Source of the DNA: Elusimicrobiota bacterium
GTDB taxonomy: Bacteria > Elusimicrobiota > UBA8919
Length of the DNA stretch: 37,629 nucleotides
Reading direction: 5' to 3'
NCBI GenBank assembly: GCA_043816185.1
Contig: JBDRIG010000070.1
Location: forward strand, 1-37,629
The notes under the pieces are model-generated. The model did not search any database, was not told the DNA's origin, and saw nothing but the letters and a program-made list of their open reading frames with translations. A program made the translations under genes and the position numbers. Shown here piece after piece: positions 8,835 through 17,402 of the stretch; the first letter of the stretch is position 1, and every line of letters starts with the position of its first letter.

Positions 8835-9232
8835 AACAAGTTCAATATGTTAGTGCAACACCGCTGTATCTTCCAGAACAGCTTTGTTTTCATCTTTGTC
8901 TCCGTTGCCTAAAAACATTTTGCAATCCATTACATATAATAATGGTTCGGAAAATGTCCAACATGATATCATAAATACTTCTTTGGGTACTTCTTCTTTC
9001 TTTTGTAGTCCTTATCATTCTTGGGAAAAAGGTACTGTTGAAAATACTAACGGTTTGATAAGAAGATCCTTGCCAAAAAGAACTAATTTTGATACTATTT
9101 CTGATGATGATATTTCAAAGGTCGAATCTTGGCTTAATAACAGACCAAGAAAATGCTTGGGGTTCTCTACCTCAAATGAGGTTTTCAATTCCGCTGAATG
9201 CGGGGGTGTTGCACTTGGTGGTTGAATTCACC
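8835..9232 (+). mobile_element. Internally deleted IS30-family element (both ends plus transposase 3' fragment)
   Basis: Left end 8835-8866 is 30/32 identical to 37480-37511; right end GGTGTTGCACTTGGTGGTTGAATTCACC (9205-9232) is its imperfect inverted repeat. Confidence 0.85.
8884..9225 (+). pseudogene. IS30 transposase C-terminal fragment
   Basis: SITYNNGSE, FCSPYHSWEKGTVENTNGLIRR.LPK, LNNRPRKCLGF; N-terminal part absent. Confidence 0.9.
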
Positions 9233-9235
9233 ACA

Positions 9236-9345
9236 CAAAAGTTATCCACAAGATAATTTCTGGATTTTGTCCCAAATTTTGTAAATTTTGTCTTATTAAC
9301 TTTTCAAAGAACAGTTGGTTGCTATTGTGATACAGTCTGAGTGAC
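9236..9345 (+). repeat. 110-bp dispersed repeat with TTATCCACA and a MITE-type end (copy 1)
   Basis: 107/110 identical to 24691-24800. Confidence 0.92.
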
Positions 9346-9359
9346 GACAAAAGCCCTTA

Positions 9360-9393
9360 CAATAACGAACTGAATTTAATGAAGTATTGATAG
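9360..9393 (-). repeat. Reverse copy of the CACTACTTCGTTAA-family terminal module
   Basis: Reverse complement CTAT-CAATACTTCATTAAATTCAGTTCGTTATTG resembles 33727-33756 and 24581-24610. Confidence 0.75.
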
Positions 9394-9474
9394 TTAGAAC
9401 AGAATTAAAAAATCTAATCTTTAAAGTCTTGCTAAAAACGTGATAATTTAATTTTTAATTCTTGGGAGATTACT

Positions 9475-11193
9475 ATGATATTCAAAGGAATTCCAGCTGC
9501 ATCTGGTATTGCTATTGGAAATGTATTTCTTATTGAAGATGAAGAATTTTTTGCAGTAAAAAGAAATATCGCTAAAGATGAAGTAAAAAAAGAAGTTGAG
9601 AGATTTAAAGAAGCGATTGTCGACATAAAAATAGAACTCGAAAAAACAAAAAACGATGCAGCAAAACATCTTGGCAAAAAACATTTAAGAATTTTTGATG
9701 TCTATCTTTTTATCGTTGATGATCCCGTTTTAAAAGATGAAGTGATATCAAAAATTACAAAAGAACTTGTAAATGTCGAGTATGCTTTATATGAAGTAAT
9801 GGAAGCAAATGCTAGGATTTTTGAAAAAATAGAAGACGAATATTTTAAGGAACGAGGAAAAGATATTTATAATGCAGGCAAAAAAATACTTAAATATTTA
9901 GCCGGTATTTCTAAAAAAAGTTTAGAGAATGTCATGGAAAATTCGATTGTTTTTGCAAACAATCTTACTCCAACAGATACAATCACAATGAAAAATGAAA
10001 ATGTAATGGGTTTTGCTATAAATTATGGTGGTAAAACTTCACATACGGCTATTATGGCACGAGCAATGGAAATACCTGCCGTTGTGGGGATGAAGGATAT
10101 AACCTCCAAAGTAGTGCATGGTGATATTGTTATTGTAGATGGTAACGAGGGTATCGTTATAGTAAAACCTGATGTAGAAACACTTGAAAATTATCGACGA
10201 CATTTGGAAAATTATCGTATTGAAGTAAAAGATCTCTCTCAGCTTGTTAATATTTCTACAGCTACACGCGACGGTAAAAAAATAATTATTGCAGCAAATA
10301 TGGAGGTTCCAGAAGAAGTTCATTCTATAATATTGTCTGGTGCAGATGGCATTGGACTTTTCAGAACAGAGTATCTTTTTATTGGCAGAACTGAATTTCC
10401 GACAGAAGAAGAGCAATTTGAATCATATTCACAGATTGTTGAAAGGATTTTTCCAAATCCTGTAATTATGAGAACTATTGATTTAGGTGGTGATAAGCTA
10501 CTTCCTTATTTTAACGTTGGCGCCGAAAGAAATCCGTTTATGGGTCTTCGTGCTATAAGATTTTGTCTTAAGTATCCGGAAATATTCAAAAAACAATTGC
10601 GGGCAATTTTGCGTTCTTCTAATTTTGGTAACGTAAAATTAATGTATCCAATGATTTCAGGAGTTGAAGAATTATTTGCTGCAAATGTGATATTAAATGA
10701 AGTAAAACAGGAATTAAGAAACAAATCGATACCGTTTGATGAAGACATAGAAGTTGGTGTTATGGTGGAAATACCATCAGCAGCGATTACTGTAGATTTG
10801 TTTGCAAAAGAAGTGGACTTTCTTTCTATAGGAACCAATGATTTGATTCAGTATACACTTGTAGTTGACAGAGTCAACGAATATGTCGCTGATCTTTATA
10901 ATCCATTTCATCTTTCAGTGTTGCGACTTCTTAAAAATATAATTGATGTTGGGTACAGAGAAGGTAAGTGGGTTTCGATGTGTGGTGAGATGGCGGCTGA
11001 TCCATCTTGTATAGAAGTACTTTTAGGTCTTGGGCTTGAACATTTCAGCGTTGCAGCTACATCTGTATTAAAAATAAAAAAAGAAATATTAAAAACCAAT
11101 CTATCAAAGGCAAAGAAATTTACGGAAGAAATTTTTAACGAGTTTGGTAATACAATGTCTGCTAAAATATTAAAACAAAAAAAGAGAATATAA
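9475..11193 (+). CDS. ptsI: PEP-protein phosphotransferase (PTS enzyme I)
   Basis: GGKTSHTAIMA phospho-His, GIGLFRTE, RTIDLGGDK, NPFMGLRAIR, SIGTNDL.QY, CGEMA. Confidence 0.97.
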   Translation: MIFKGIPAASGIAIGNVFLIEDEEFFAVKRNIAKDEVKKEVERFKEAIVDIKIELEKTKNDAAKHLGKKHLRIFDVYLFIVDDPVLKDEVISKITKELVNVEYALYEVMEANARIFEKIEDEYFKERGKDIYNAGKKILKYLAGISKKSLENVMENSIVFANNLTPTDTITMKNENVMGFAINYGGKTSHTAIMARAMEIPAVVGMKDITSKVVHGDIVIVDGNEGIVIVKPDVETLENYRRHLENYRIEVKDLSQLVNISTATRDGKKIIIAANMEVPEEVHSIILSGADGIGLFRTEYLFIGRTEFPTEEEQFESYSQIVERIFPNPVIMRTIDLGGDKLLPYFNVGAERNPFMGLRAIRFCLKYPEIFKKQLRAILRSSNFGNVKLMYPMISGVEELFAANVILNEVKQELRNKSIPFDEDIEVGVMVEIPSAAITVDLFAKEVDFLSIGTNDLIQYTLVVDRVNEYVADLYNPFHLSVLRLLKNIIDVGYREGKWVSMCGEMAADPSCIEVLLGLGLEHFSVAATSVLKIKKEILKTNLSKAKKFTEEIFNEFGNTMSAKILKQKKRI

Positions 11194-11200
11194 GAGTTTG

Positions 11201-11385
11201 ATAGCGAACGGTTTTTAGGTCGTTCGTTTTTAACAGGGTCTGAAGGCCCTGTTCTACCTTGGATATAGAACGAGACGGTTTTAACCGTGCAACATCGCAC
11301 GAATAAATTTGCGTCTACAACAATCTCTACCTCTCTGTTTCTTGAAGAAATAGTCATCTCGATAAATTGAGTTTAGTTTATCTAC
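11201..11385. repeat. Cluster of degenerate GTAG-family REP-like hairpins
   Basis: Hairpins preceded by ATAG or followed by CTAC, e.g. CAGGGTC-TGAA-GGCCCTG-TT-CTAC (11234-11257) and GCACGAATAAATTTGCGT-CTAC (11297-11318). Confidence 0.55.
11203..11231 (+). terminator. Possible intrinsic terminator after ptsI (also REP-like)
   Basis: AGCGAACGG/TCGTTCGTT stem ending in a T5 run, 10 nt after the stop. Confidence 0.4.
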
Positions 11386-11438
11386 TTTTCGTCCACACGT
11401 CCATATAGTTGTCAACGAATAAAATGGAACTAACTTAA

Positions 11439-13280
11439 ATGAATATTAGAAATTTTTCAATCATAGCACATATTGATCACGGAAAATCAACTTTGGCAGA
11501 TCGTCTTTTAGAATTTACATCTGCAATTTCTACTTCACACCATGGACAAGTTTTAGATGCAATGGATTTGGAAAGAGAACGTGGAATTACAATTAAAGCA
11601 AAAGCAGTTCGACTGAAACATGTAGCTTCCGACGGTAAAATATATCAGTTGAATCTTATAGATACTCCAGGCCATGTCGATTTTACTTACGAGGTTTCCC
11701 GTGCACTTGCTGCTTGCGAAGGTTGTCTTCTTTTAGTTGATGCTTCTCAAGGTGTTGAGGCACAAACGCTTTCCAATTTTGAACTCGCCCGTCAACATAA
11801 CTTGAAGATTATCCCTGTTATTAATAAAATTGATTTAAAACAGGCAGATGTTGCGAAAACCATCCAACAAATAGAAAAAGTATTGAAAATTAAAGAGAGC
11901 CCTATTCTTATTTCCGCTAAACAGAATATTGGTACAAAAGAAATAGTTGATGCTATAATTGAAAAAATTCCTTTACCCGATGGAGATACGAAAAAACCAC
12001 TCAAAGCGTTGGTATTTGATTCACATTACGATTCTTTTCGTGGGGTTATAATTTATATTCGTATTTTTGATGGTGAAATTTCAACCGGAGATAAGATACT
12101 TTTTTTATCAAGCTTAGAAAAATTTAATGTTGAAGAAGTTGGATTTTTTCAAATTCAAAATCCATCTGCACCCGCAGGGCGTAAGATGACGAAAAATCTT
12201 TCTGCTGGTGAGGTCGGTTATGTAATTCTTGGTATCAGAGATATCCACAAAATAAAAGTTGGCGATACTATTACGGAACTTGAAAATCCAACATCAACAC
12301 CACATCCAGGTTACCGTGAATTAAAACCATTTGTGTTCTGTGGACTATACCCCATTCAACCGGGTGATTATGCTAATCTATCTAAGGCGATGGGAAAACT
12401 TCATCTTGAAGATTCATCTTTTTTTTATCAGCCAGAAACATCTGTTGCCCTCGGTTTCGGATATCGTTGTGGATTTTTGGGACTTCTCCATATGGATATT
12501 GTTAAAGAGCGTCTCCAAAGAGAGTTTAACCTTGATCTTATTATAACAGCACCAAACGTCAGATATAGAATAAAATGCATTGATGGAAGTAAGCCAGTAA
12601 ATGGTGCAAAAGGCGAGCATTCTATAATCGAAATAGAAAACCCATCAAAGTTTCCAGAAAGACAATTTATAGAAAAAATTTATGAGCCATATATTCTTGC
12701 GACAATTATTTTACCGTCTCAATTTGTTGGAAACGTGATGGCTCTTTGTGAAGGGAAAAGAGGCGATTTTCTTGATATGACATACATCACCGAGGATAAA
12801 GTAAAACTTACCTACGAAATGCCGTTGGCAGATGTGATTGTAGATTTTTATGATAATCTGAAATCAATTTCATCCGGCTATGCCTCATTTGATTACGAAT
12901 TTTTTGACTATAAAGAATCGGAGTTGGTGAAAATGGACATTCTTGTTAACAGCGAGCCTGTCGATGCACTCTCCTTTGTTATTCATAAAAATAATGCCGA
13001 ATTTTATGGAAGAAAAATAACCGATAAATTGAGAGGACTTATTCCTAGACAACAGTTTGAAGTTCCTATACAAGCATCAGTTTCAGGAAAGATTATTGCT
13101 CGGGAAAACGTTCGCGCATTACGAAAAGACGTAATAGCCAAATGTTATGGTGGTGACATTTCAAGAAAAAGAAAACTTCTCGAAAAGCAAAAAGAAGGAA
13201 AGAGAAAAATGAAGCAGTTTGGCAATGTTTCAATTCCACAAGAGGCATTTTTGGCCGTGCTGAAACTTGACGATAAATAA
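11439..13280 (+). CDS. lepA: Elongation factor 4
   Basis: IRNFSIIAHIDHGKSTLADR, DTPGHVDF, NKID, GFLGLLH, KCYGGDISRK.KLLEKQKEGK. Confidence 0.98.
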   Translation: MNIRNFSIIAHIDHGKSTLADRLLEFTSAISTSHHGQVLDAMDLERERGITIKAKAVRLKHVASDGKIYQLNLIDTPGHVDFTYEVSRALAACEGCLLLVDASQGVEAQTLSNFELARQHNLKIIPVINKIDLKQADVAKTIQQIEKVLKIKESPILISAKQNIGTKEIVDAIIEKIPLPDGDTKKPLKALVFDSHYDSFRGVIIYIRIFDGEISTGDKILFLSSLEKFNVEEVGFFQIQNPSAPAGRKMTKNLSAGEVGYVILGIRDIHKIKVGDTITELENPTSTPHPGYRELKPFVFCGLYPIQPGDYANLSKAMGKLHLEDSSFFYQPETSVALGFGYRCGFLGLLHMDIVKERLQREFNLDLIITAPNVRYRIKCIDGSKPVNGAKGEHSIIEIENPSKFPERQFIEKIYEPYILATIILPSQFVGNVMALCEGKRGDFLDMTYITEDKVKLTYEMPLADVIVDFYDNLKSISSGYASFDYEFFDYKESELVKMDILVNSEPVDALSFVIHKNNAEFYGRKITDKLRGLIPRQQFEVPIQASVSGKIIARENVRALRKDVIAKCYGGDISRKRKLLEKQKEGKRKMKQFGNVSIPQEAFLAVLKLDDK

Positions 13281-13356
13281 GCACCACCGAAAAAACAAAA
13301 GTTCCTTGAAACAACGACGAAACTGCAAGGAAAATATACAAAAAACTCAAGAAATC

Positions 13357-13383
13357 TGTTACCGAAATTGTGAAGTATTACAC
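13357..13383. repeat. 27-bp repeat, possible orphan IS end (copy 2)
   Basis: TGTTACCGAAATTGTGAAGTATTACAC. Confidence 0.7.
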
Positions 13384-13406
13384 GAAGGATCTCGCAATGA
13401 GACTGT

Positions 13407-13523
13407 CAGACTGTGTCACAATCCATCTTTTACCATCTAGTGTTGGATTACAGTACCATATTTTACCATCAGTTGCTATCTTCTACAAAAATGCAACTTT
13501 TTAGCCCATTGTGACACAGTCTG
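13407..13523. mobile_element. 117-bp inner MITE with perfect 16-bp TIRs
   Basis: CAGACTGTGTCACAAT (13407-13422) / ATTGTGACACAGTCTG (13508-13523), flanking TGT/TGT duplication. Confidence 0.85.
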
Positions 13524-13546
13524 TGTATCACAATAGTAAAATGTGT

Positions 13547-13633
13547 GTCATTACGAGCGAAGCGAAGCAATCTTTAAAACATTTCTCGTCGGAAAGAGAT
13601 TGCCGCGGCTTCCTTCGAAAGCCTCGCAATAAC
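13547..13633. repeat. GTCATTGCGAG...CTCGCAATGAC-type palindromic repeat (copy 1)
   Basis: 87 bp, near-identical to 24604-24690; internal GCAATCT/AGATTGC stem. Confidence 0.88.
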
Positions 13634-13755
13634 CAAAAGTAGAATTGTGGCACAGTCTGAATGACACCTTATAACACTACACCATGCTGTTCCTACCGGA
13701 TATGTAAAAAATTTGATTTTTTTTGCGACGAAATCGCTTATCTTTTGGAGGTTAA

Positions 13756-14571
13756 GTGACAAAAGAATTTTCTGTAATTTGGTTTCAAGGCGCTGCTTGT
13801 TCTGGATGCGCTGTTTCGGTACTTAATTCATTGAGACCGACGATAAAAAATGTTTTGCTGGACGAAATTGTCCATGGAAAACATATAAATTTATTATTTA
13901 TGCCTGTTGTGATGGCGGCATCCGGAAAACCAGCAATAGATGTGATTATTGACGCTGAAAAAAATAAAAGTGGCGAATACATACTAATAGTCGAAGGTTC
14001 AATTCCGGAAAACGATTTTGGAGATGTCGCAGAGAAATCAATAGAAGATAATGTCGAAGAACTATCAAAAAATGCCTCTCTAATTTTATCACTCGGAACC
14101 TGTTCGGCATTCGGTGGCATTCCAAAGGGAAAGCCAAATCCAACTAAATCAAAAAGCGTCGAAGAATTTTTAAGATTAAAAAATATAAAAAAACCCATAA
14201 TAAATATTCCTGGATGCCCACCTCATCCAGATTGGTTTGTCGGAACAGTTGCCAACCTTTTATTTTTTGGAGTTCCTCAATTGGATGAACTTTCAAGACC
14301 AAAACTTTTTTATGAAAAACTTATTCATGAAAATTGCGAGAGAAGACCATATTTTGACAAGGGAAAATTTGCCAAAAAATTTTCTGATGAAGGCTGTATG
14401 TATGAACTTGGCTGTAAAGGTCCATATACGCATGCAGATTGCCCAATAAGGAGTTGGAATTCCGGTGTCAATTGGTGTATTCAAAATGGTTCTCCTTGTA
14501 TCGGATGTGTAGAACCGGAGTTTCCAGATTTAGAAGCGATGTATAAAAAAACCTGCTGGAGAAAAAAATGA
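13756..14571 (+). CDS. [NiFe]-hydrogenase small subunit, group 1-like, no Tat leader or membrane anchor
   Basis: GTG start after GGAGG; CSGC, GTC, PGCPPHP, IHENC, GCMYELGCKGP, ADCP, WCIQNGSPCIGC. Confidence 0.93.
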   Translation: MTKEFSVIWFQGAACSGCAVSVLNSLRPTIKNVLLDEIVHGKHINLLFMPVVMAASGKPAIDVIIDAEKNKSGEYILIVEGSIPENDFGDVAEKSIEDNVEELSKNASLILSLGTCSAFGGIPKGKPNPTKSKSVEEFLRLKNIKKPIINIPGCPPHPDWFVGTVANLLFFGVPQLDELSRPKLFYEKLIHENCERRPYFDKGKFAKKFSDEGCMYELGCKGPYTHADCPIRSWNSGVNWCIQNGSPCIGCVEPEFPDLEAMYKKTCWRKK

Positions 14572-16061
14572 CAAAAATTGTGATAGACCCAGTAACAAGA
14601 ATTGAAGGACACTTGAAGATTGAAGCAATCGTTGACGGTGGAATTGTAAAAGAGGCGAATTCATCAGGTACACTTTTCAGAGGGCTTGAAATAATATTAA
14701 AAAACAGAGATCCGCGAGATGCTTCACAAATCACTCAAAGAATTTGCGGTGTTTGTCCGATTTGTCATGCAACTGCTTCTGCATTTGCTCTTGATTCTGC
14801 GTTTGGGATTGCCGACAAAATTACAGATAATGGTCGCATAATAAGAAACTTGATTCTTGGTGCTAATTTTATTCAGTCGCATATTTTGCATTTTTATCAT
14901 CTTGCGGCACTTGATTTTGTTAAATCACCCGATATACCTCCGTTTATTCCAAGATATGAAGGTGATTATCGTTTTAGTGAAAAAGAAAATACAGAATTGA
15001 CACAGCATTACTTAAAGGCGTTTGAAATCAGACGAAAAGCACACGAAATGCTTGCGATATTCGGCGGAAAAATACCACACAATGTAGGTATTATTGCTGG
15101 TGGTGTTACAGAAAAACCGACAACAGATAAAATTATAAATTTTCTGTGGCGACTAAATGAATTGCGCGAATTTATTAACAATGTTTATATTCCCGACGTA
15201 ATTTTTGTTGCTAAAAAATATCCTGATTATTTTCAAATTGGTAATGGTTGTGGAAATTATCTTACTTACGGTGTTTTTGATTTGGAAGGAAACGAAAAAA
15301 ATTATCTTTTAAAAAAACGACTTTTAAGAAGCGGAATAGCCTCAACAGATCTGATATGCAAAGCTGTCGATTTATCTAAAATTACGGAGGATGTAAAATA
15401 TTCTTGGTATGACGATTCACAATCACACAGGCATCCTTTTGACGAAGAAACAATTCCAAAAAAAGATAAAAAAGATGGGCATTCGTGGCTCAAATCACCA
15501 AGATACGAAGGAAATGTTTACGAAGTTGGACCTCTTGCTAGGATTTTGGTAAATTATATTTCTGGTGATGAAACAATTAAAAAACTTGTCGATAGTGTTC
15601 TTTTAGAATTCAATGCGAAACCAGATGTTTTGTTTTCTGTACTTGGGCGGCATGCGGCAAGAGCAATCGAAACAAAATTTATTGCTGACAATATGGCAGA
15701 GTGGATTCTGCAACTAAAACCTGAAGAACCAGTTTTTGTTGAATATCAGATGCCTGATGAGGCGGAAGGTGTAGGGTTAACAGAGGCACCACGTGGCGCT
15801 CTCGGCCATTGGATAAAAATCAAGAATAAAAAAATTGAAAATTATCAGTGTGTTGTACCGACTACTTGGAATGCGTCTACAAAGGACGATAATGAACAAT
15901 TTGGGCCGATTGAGCAGGCGATTATTGGAACAAAAATCAAAGACGAAAATAATCCTTTTGAAATAGTTCGCATTATTCGTTCGTTCGATCCTTGTCTTGC
16001 CTGTGCGGTTCATTTGGTTGATTTAAGAGGAATTACAATTGGAAAATTTGAAACGACCTAA
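14568..16061 (+). CDS. [NiFe]-hydrogenase large subunit, group 1-like
   Basis: DPVTRIEGH, L1 QRICGVCPICH, EAPRGAL.HW, L2 SFDPCLACAVH plus 15-aa C-terminal extension; ATGA overlap. Confidence 0.96.
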   Translation: MTKIVIDPVTRIEGHLKIEAIVDGGIVKEANSSGTLFRGLEIILKNRDPRDASQITQRICGVCPICHATASAFALDSAFGIADKITDNGRIIRNLILGANFIQSHILHFYHLAALDFVKSPDIPPFIPRYEGDYRFSEKENTELTQHYLKAFEIRRKAHEMLAIFGGKIPHNVGIIAGGVTEKPTTDKIINFLWRLNELREFINNVYIPDVIFVAKKYPDYFQIGNGCGNYLTYGVFDLEGNEKNYLLKKRLLRSGIASTDLICKAVDLSKITEDVKYSWYDDSQSHRHPFDEETIPKKDKKDGHSWLKSPRYEGNVYEVGPLARILVNYISGDETIKKLVDSVLLEFNAKPDVLFSVLGRHAARAIETKFIADNMAEWILQLKPEEPVFVEYQMPDEAEGVGLTEAPRGALGHWIKIKNKKIENYQCVVPTTWNASTKDDNEQFGPIEQAIIGTKIKDENNPFEIVRIIRSFDPCLACAVHLVDLRGITIGKFETT

Positions 16062-16545
16062 AATTGCCGTCGTAGGTTTCGGAAATATTTTAATGGGTGA
16101 CGAAGGAATTGGCGTGCACGTCATCCATGAACTACAAAAAAATTATACCTCATACCCTACATCTTACACCATTGAACTTATCGACGGTGGAACATCCGCC
16201 CTTGATGTGATTTTATCTTTAAAAGATATAGACAAACTGATAATTATTGATGCTATAAAAAATGGAAGTAACCCCGGAGATATTTATAAATTTCATCTGT
16301 CTCAAGTGAATACAGTTTCACAATCTTGCCATGATGGGATACGTGGGATACAAAAAAGTTCACTGCATGATTTGAATTTAATCGACGCATTAAAAATTGT
16401 TGAAAAACTTGGGACATTGCCAAAAGAGGTTATCTTTATCGGTGTTGAACCGAAAAAAATTGAGCCAAACATTGAACTTTCAGAAGAACTTAAAATTAAA
16501 ATTCCGGAAATTACAAAAACTATTCTATATGAGGTAAAACAATGA
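16039..16545 (+). CDS. Hydrogenase maturation endopeptidase (HyaD/HybD family)
   Basis: GFGNILMGDEGIGVH, DGGT, IIIDA, SLHD, GVEP; overlaps the large-subunit stop; exact start uncertain. Confidence 0.93.
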   Translation: MENLKRPKIAVVGFGNILMGDEGIGVHVIHELQKNYTSYPTSYTIELIDGGTSALDVILSLKDIDKLIIIDAIKNGSNPGDIYKFHLSQVNTVSQSCHDGIRGIQKSSLHDLNLIDALKIVEKLGTLPKEVIFIGVEPKKIEPNIELSEELKIKIPEITKTILYEVKQ

Positions 16546-17243
16546 TTGTAACTCATGCAAAACCGTTTGAGGAAATTTTGAAAACAGTTGAAGGTGAAAG
16601 AAGTGTTTTTATAGTCGGATGTAGCGGCTGTGCAAAAGTTTGTGAGACAGGCGGCGAAAAAACATGCGCCGAGCTTAAAAAAAAATTTGAAGAAGCAAAA
16701 ATTAAAGTTAATGGTTGCACAACGATTGATTTTATGTGCAACAAACTTTTAGTGTTACTTAAATTGTCGCGGTATAAAGAAAAAATTGAAATAGCAGATT
16801 CTGTAATTTCTTTAAGTTGTGGGATAGGAGTTCAATCACTATCATCTGTGGTTGATAAATATGTTCATCCTGCAAATAATACTATTTATCTCGGAGGGTT
16901 TCAAGGAATCTGGCCATCACAAGAAAAATGTGCTCAATGTGGCGAGTGTGTTTTAGATTTAACCGGTGGAATTTGTCCAATAACAAATTGCTCAAAATCA
17001 CTTCTTAATGGTTCGTGCGGTGGTGCGAAAAATGGGAAATGTGAAATAGATAAAGAGTTTGACTGTGGCTGGGAGAAGATTTATAACCGTCTTAAAAAAC
17101 TCAACAAATTAGAAAATTTTCATAAGTTTTCAACAAAACTTCGTGATTATTCAAAAATGTTTCCACCTGCAGAATTAAGGAAGACAGTTTTTTATGATGT
17201 GGAAACTATTGAAGAAAAGGCAGAATTAAAAATCGAGGGTTGA
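16542..17243 (+). CDS. metV: Methylene-THF reductase Fe-S/Zn subunit (MTHFR_C domain)
   Basis: GCSGCAKVCETGG, CGIGVQ, CAQCGECVL..TGGICPITNCSKSLLNGSCGG..GKCE...DCGW; upstream of metF. Confidence 0.9.
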   Translation: MIVTHAKPFEEILKTVEGERSVFIVGCSGCAKVCETGGEKTCAELKKKFEEAKIKVNGCTTIDFMCNKLLVLLKLSRYKEKIEIADSVISLSCGIGVQSLSSVVDKYVHPANNTIYLGGFQGIWPSQEKCAQCGECVLDLTGGICPITNCSKSLLNGSCGGAKNGKCEIDKEFDCGWEKIYNRLKKLNKLENFHKFSTKLRDYSKMFPPAELRKTVFYDVETIEEKAELKIEG

Positions 17244-17274
17244 AAACTAAATCTCTATATTCTTGTATCGGAAA

Positions 17275-17375
17275 AACGCACGAATAGTTCGGAGTTCAGA
17301 GACTATGAACTCGTAACCATGTCTTTGTAGGCATGGTCTGTCAGACTGTGCGCCGTTCATTGTTTGTCGTGCGTT
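17275..17375. repeat. Multi-hairpin metV-metF spacer including a GTAG-type REP
   Basis: AACGCACGA/TCGTGCGTT outer stem, GAGTTCA/TGAACTC, GTAG-GCATGGTCT-GTC-AGACTGTGC (17327-17351). Confidence 0.55.
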
Positions 17376-17402
17376 GTTGTATGTTTTTTGTGGTAAAAAA
17401 TT

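Larger units (their letters stand above)
13399..13659. mobile_element. Outer MITE (IS1182/IS5-like TIRs) interrupted in its left TIR and carrying a REP-like palindrome
   Basis: Reconstructed left TIR GAGACTGT|ATCACAAT, right TIR ATTGTGGCACAGTCTG (13644-13659), flanking AAT/AAT duplication. Confidence 0.7.

Noticed and set aside
8672..8974. 100-aa ORF
   Set aside because: Crosses the IS30 left end and deletion junction; chimeric non-coding DNA
9242..9250. oriC
   Set aside because: A single DnaA box inside a dispersed repeat; no box cluster and no dnaA or dnaN nearby
13430..13500. CRISPR array (also considered for 8656-8697 and the composite repeats)
   Set aside because: Only short degenerate TACCAT-type units; no regular repeat-spacer pattern and no cas genes
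15987..16013. Selenocysteine ([NiFeSe]) hydrogenase
   Set aside because: L2 motif is DPCLAC with TGT at 15993-15995, not TGA
17244..17402. Canonical SAM-I or THF riboswitch before metF
   Set aside because: Conserved core motifs not found; the hairpins are better explained as REP-like
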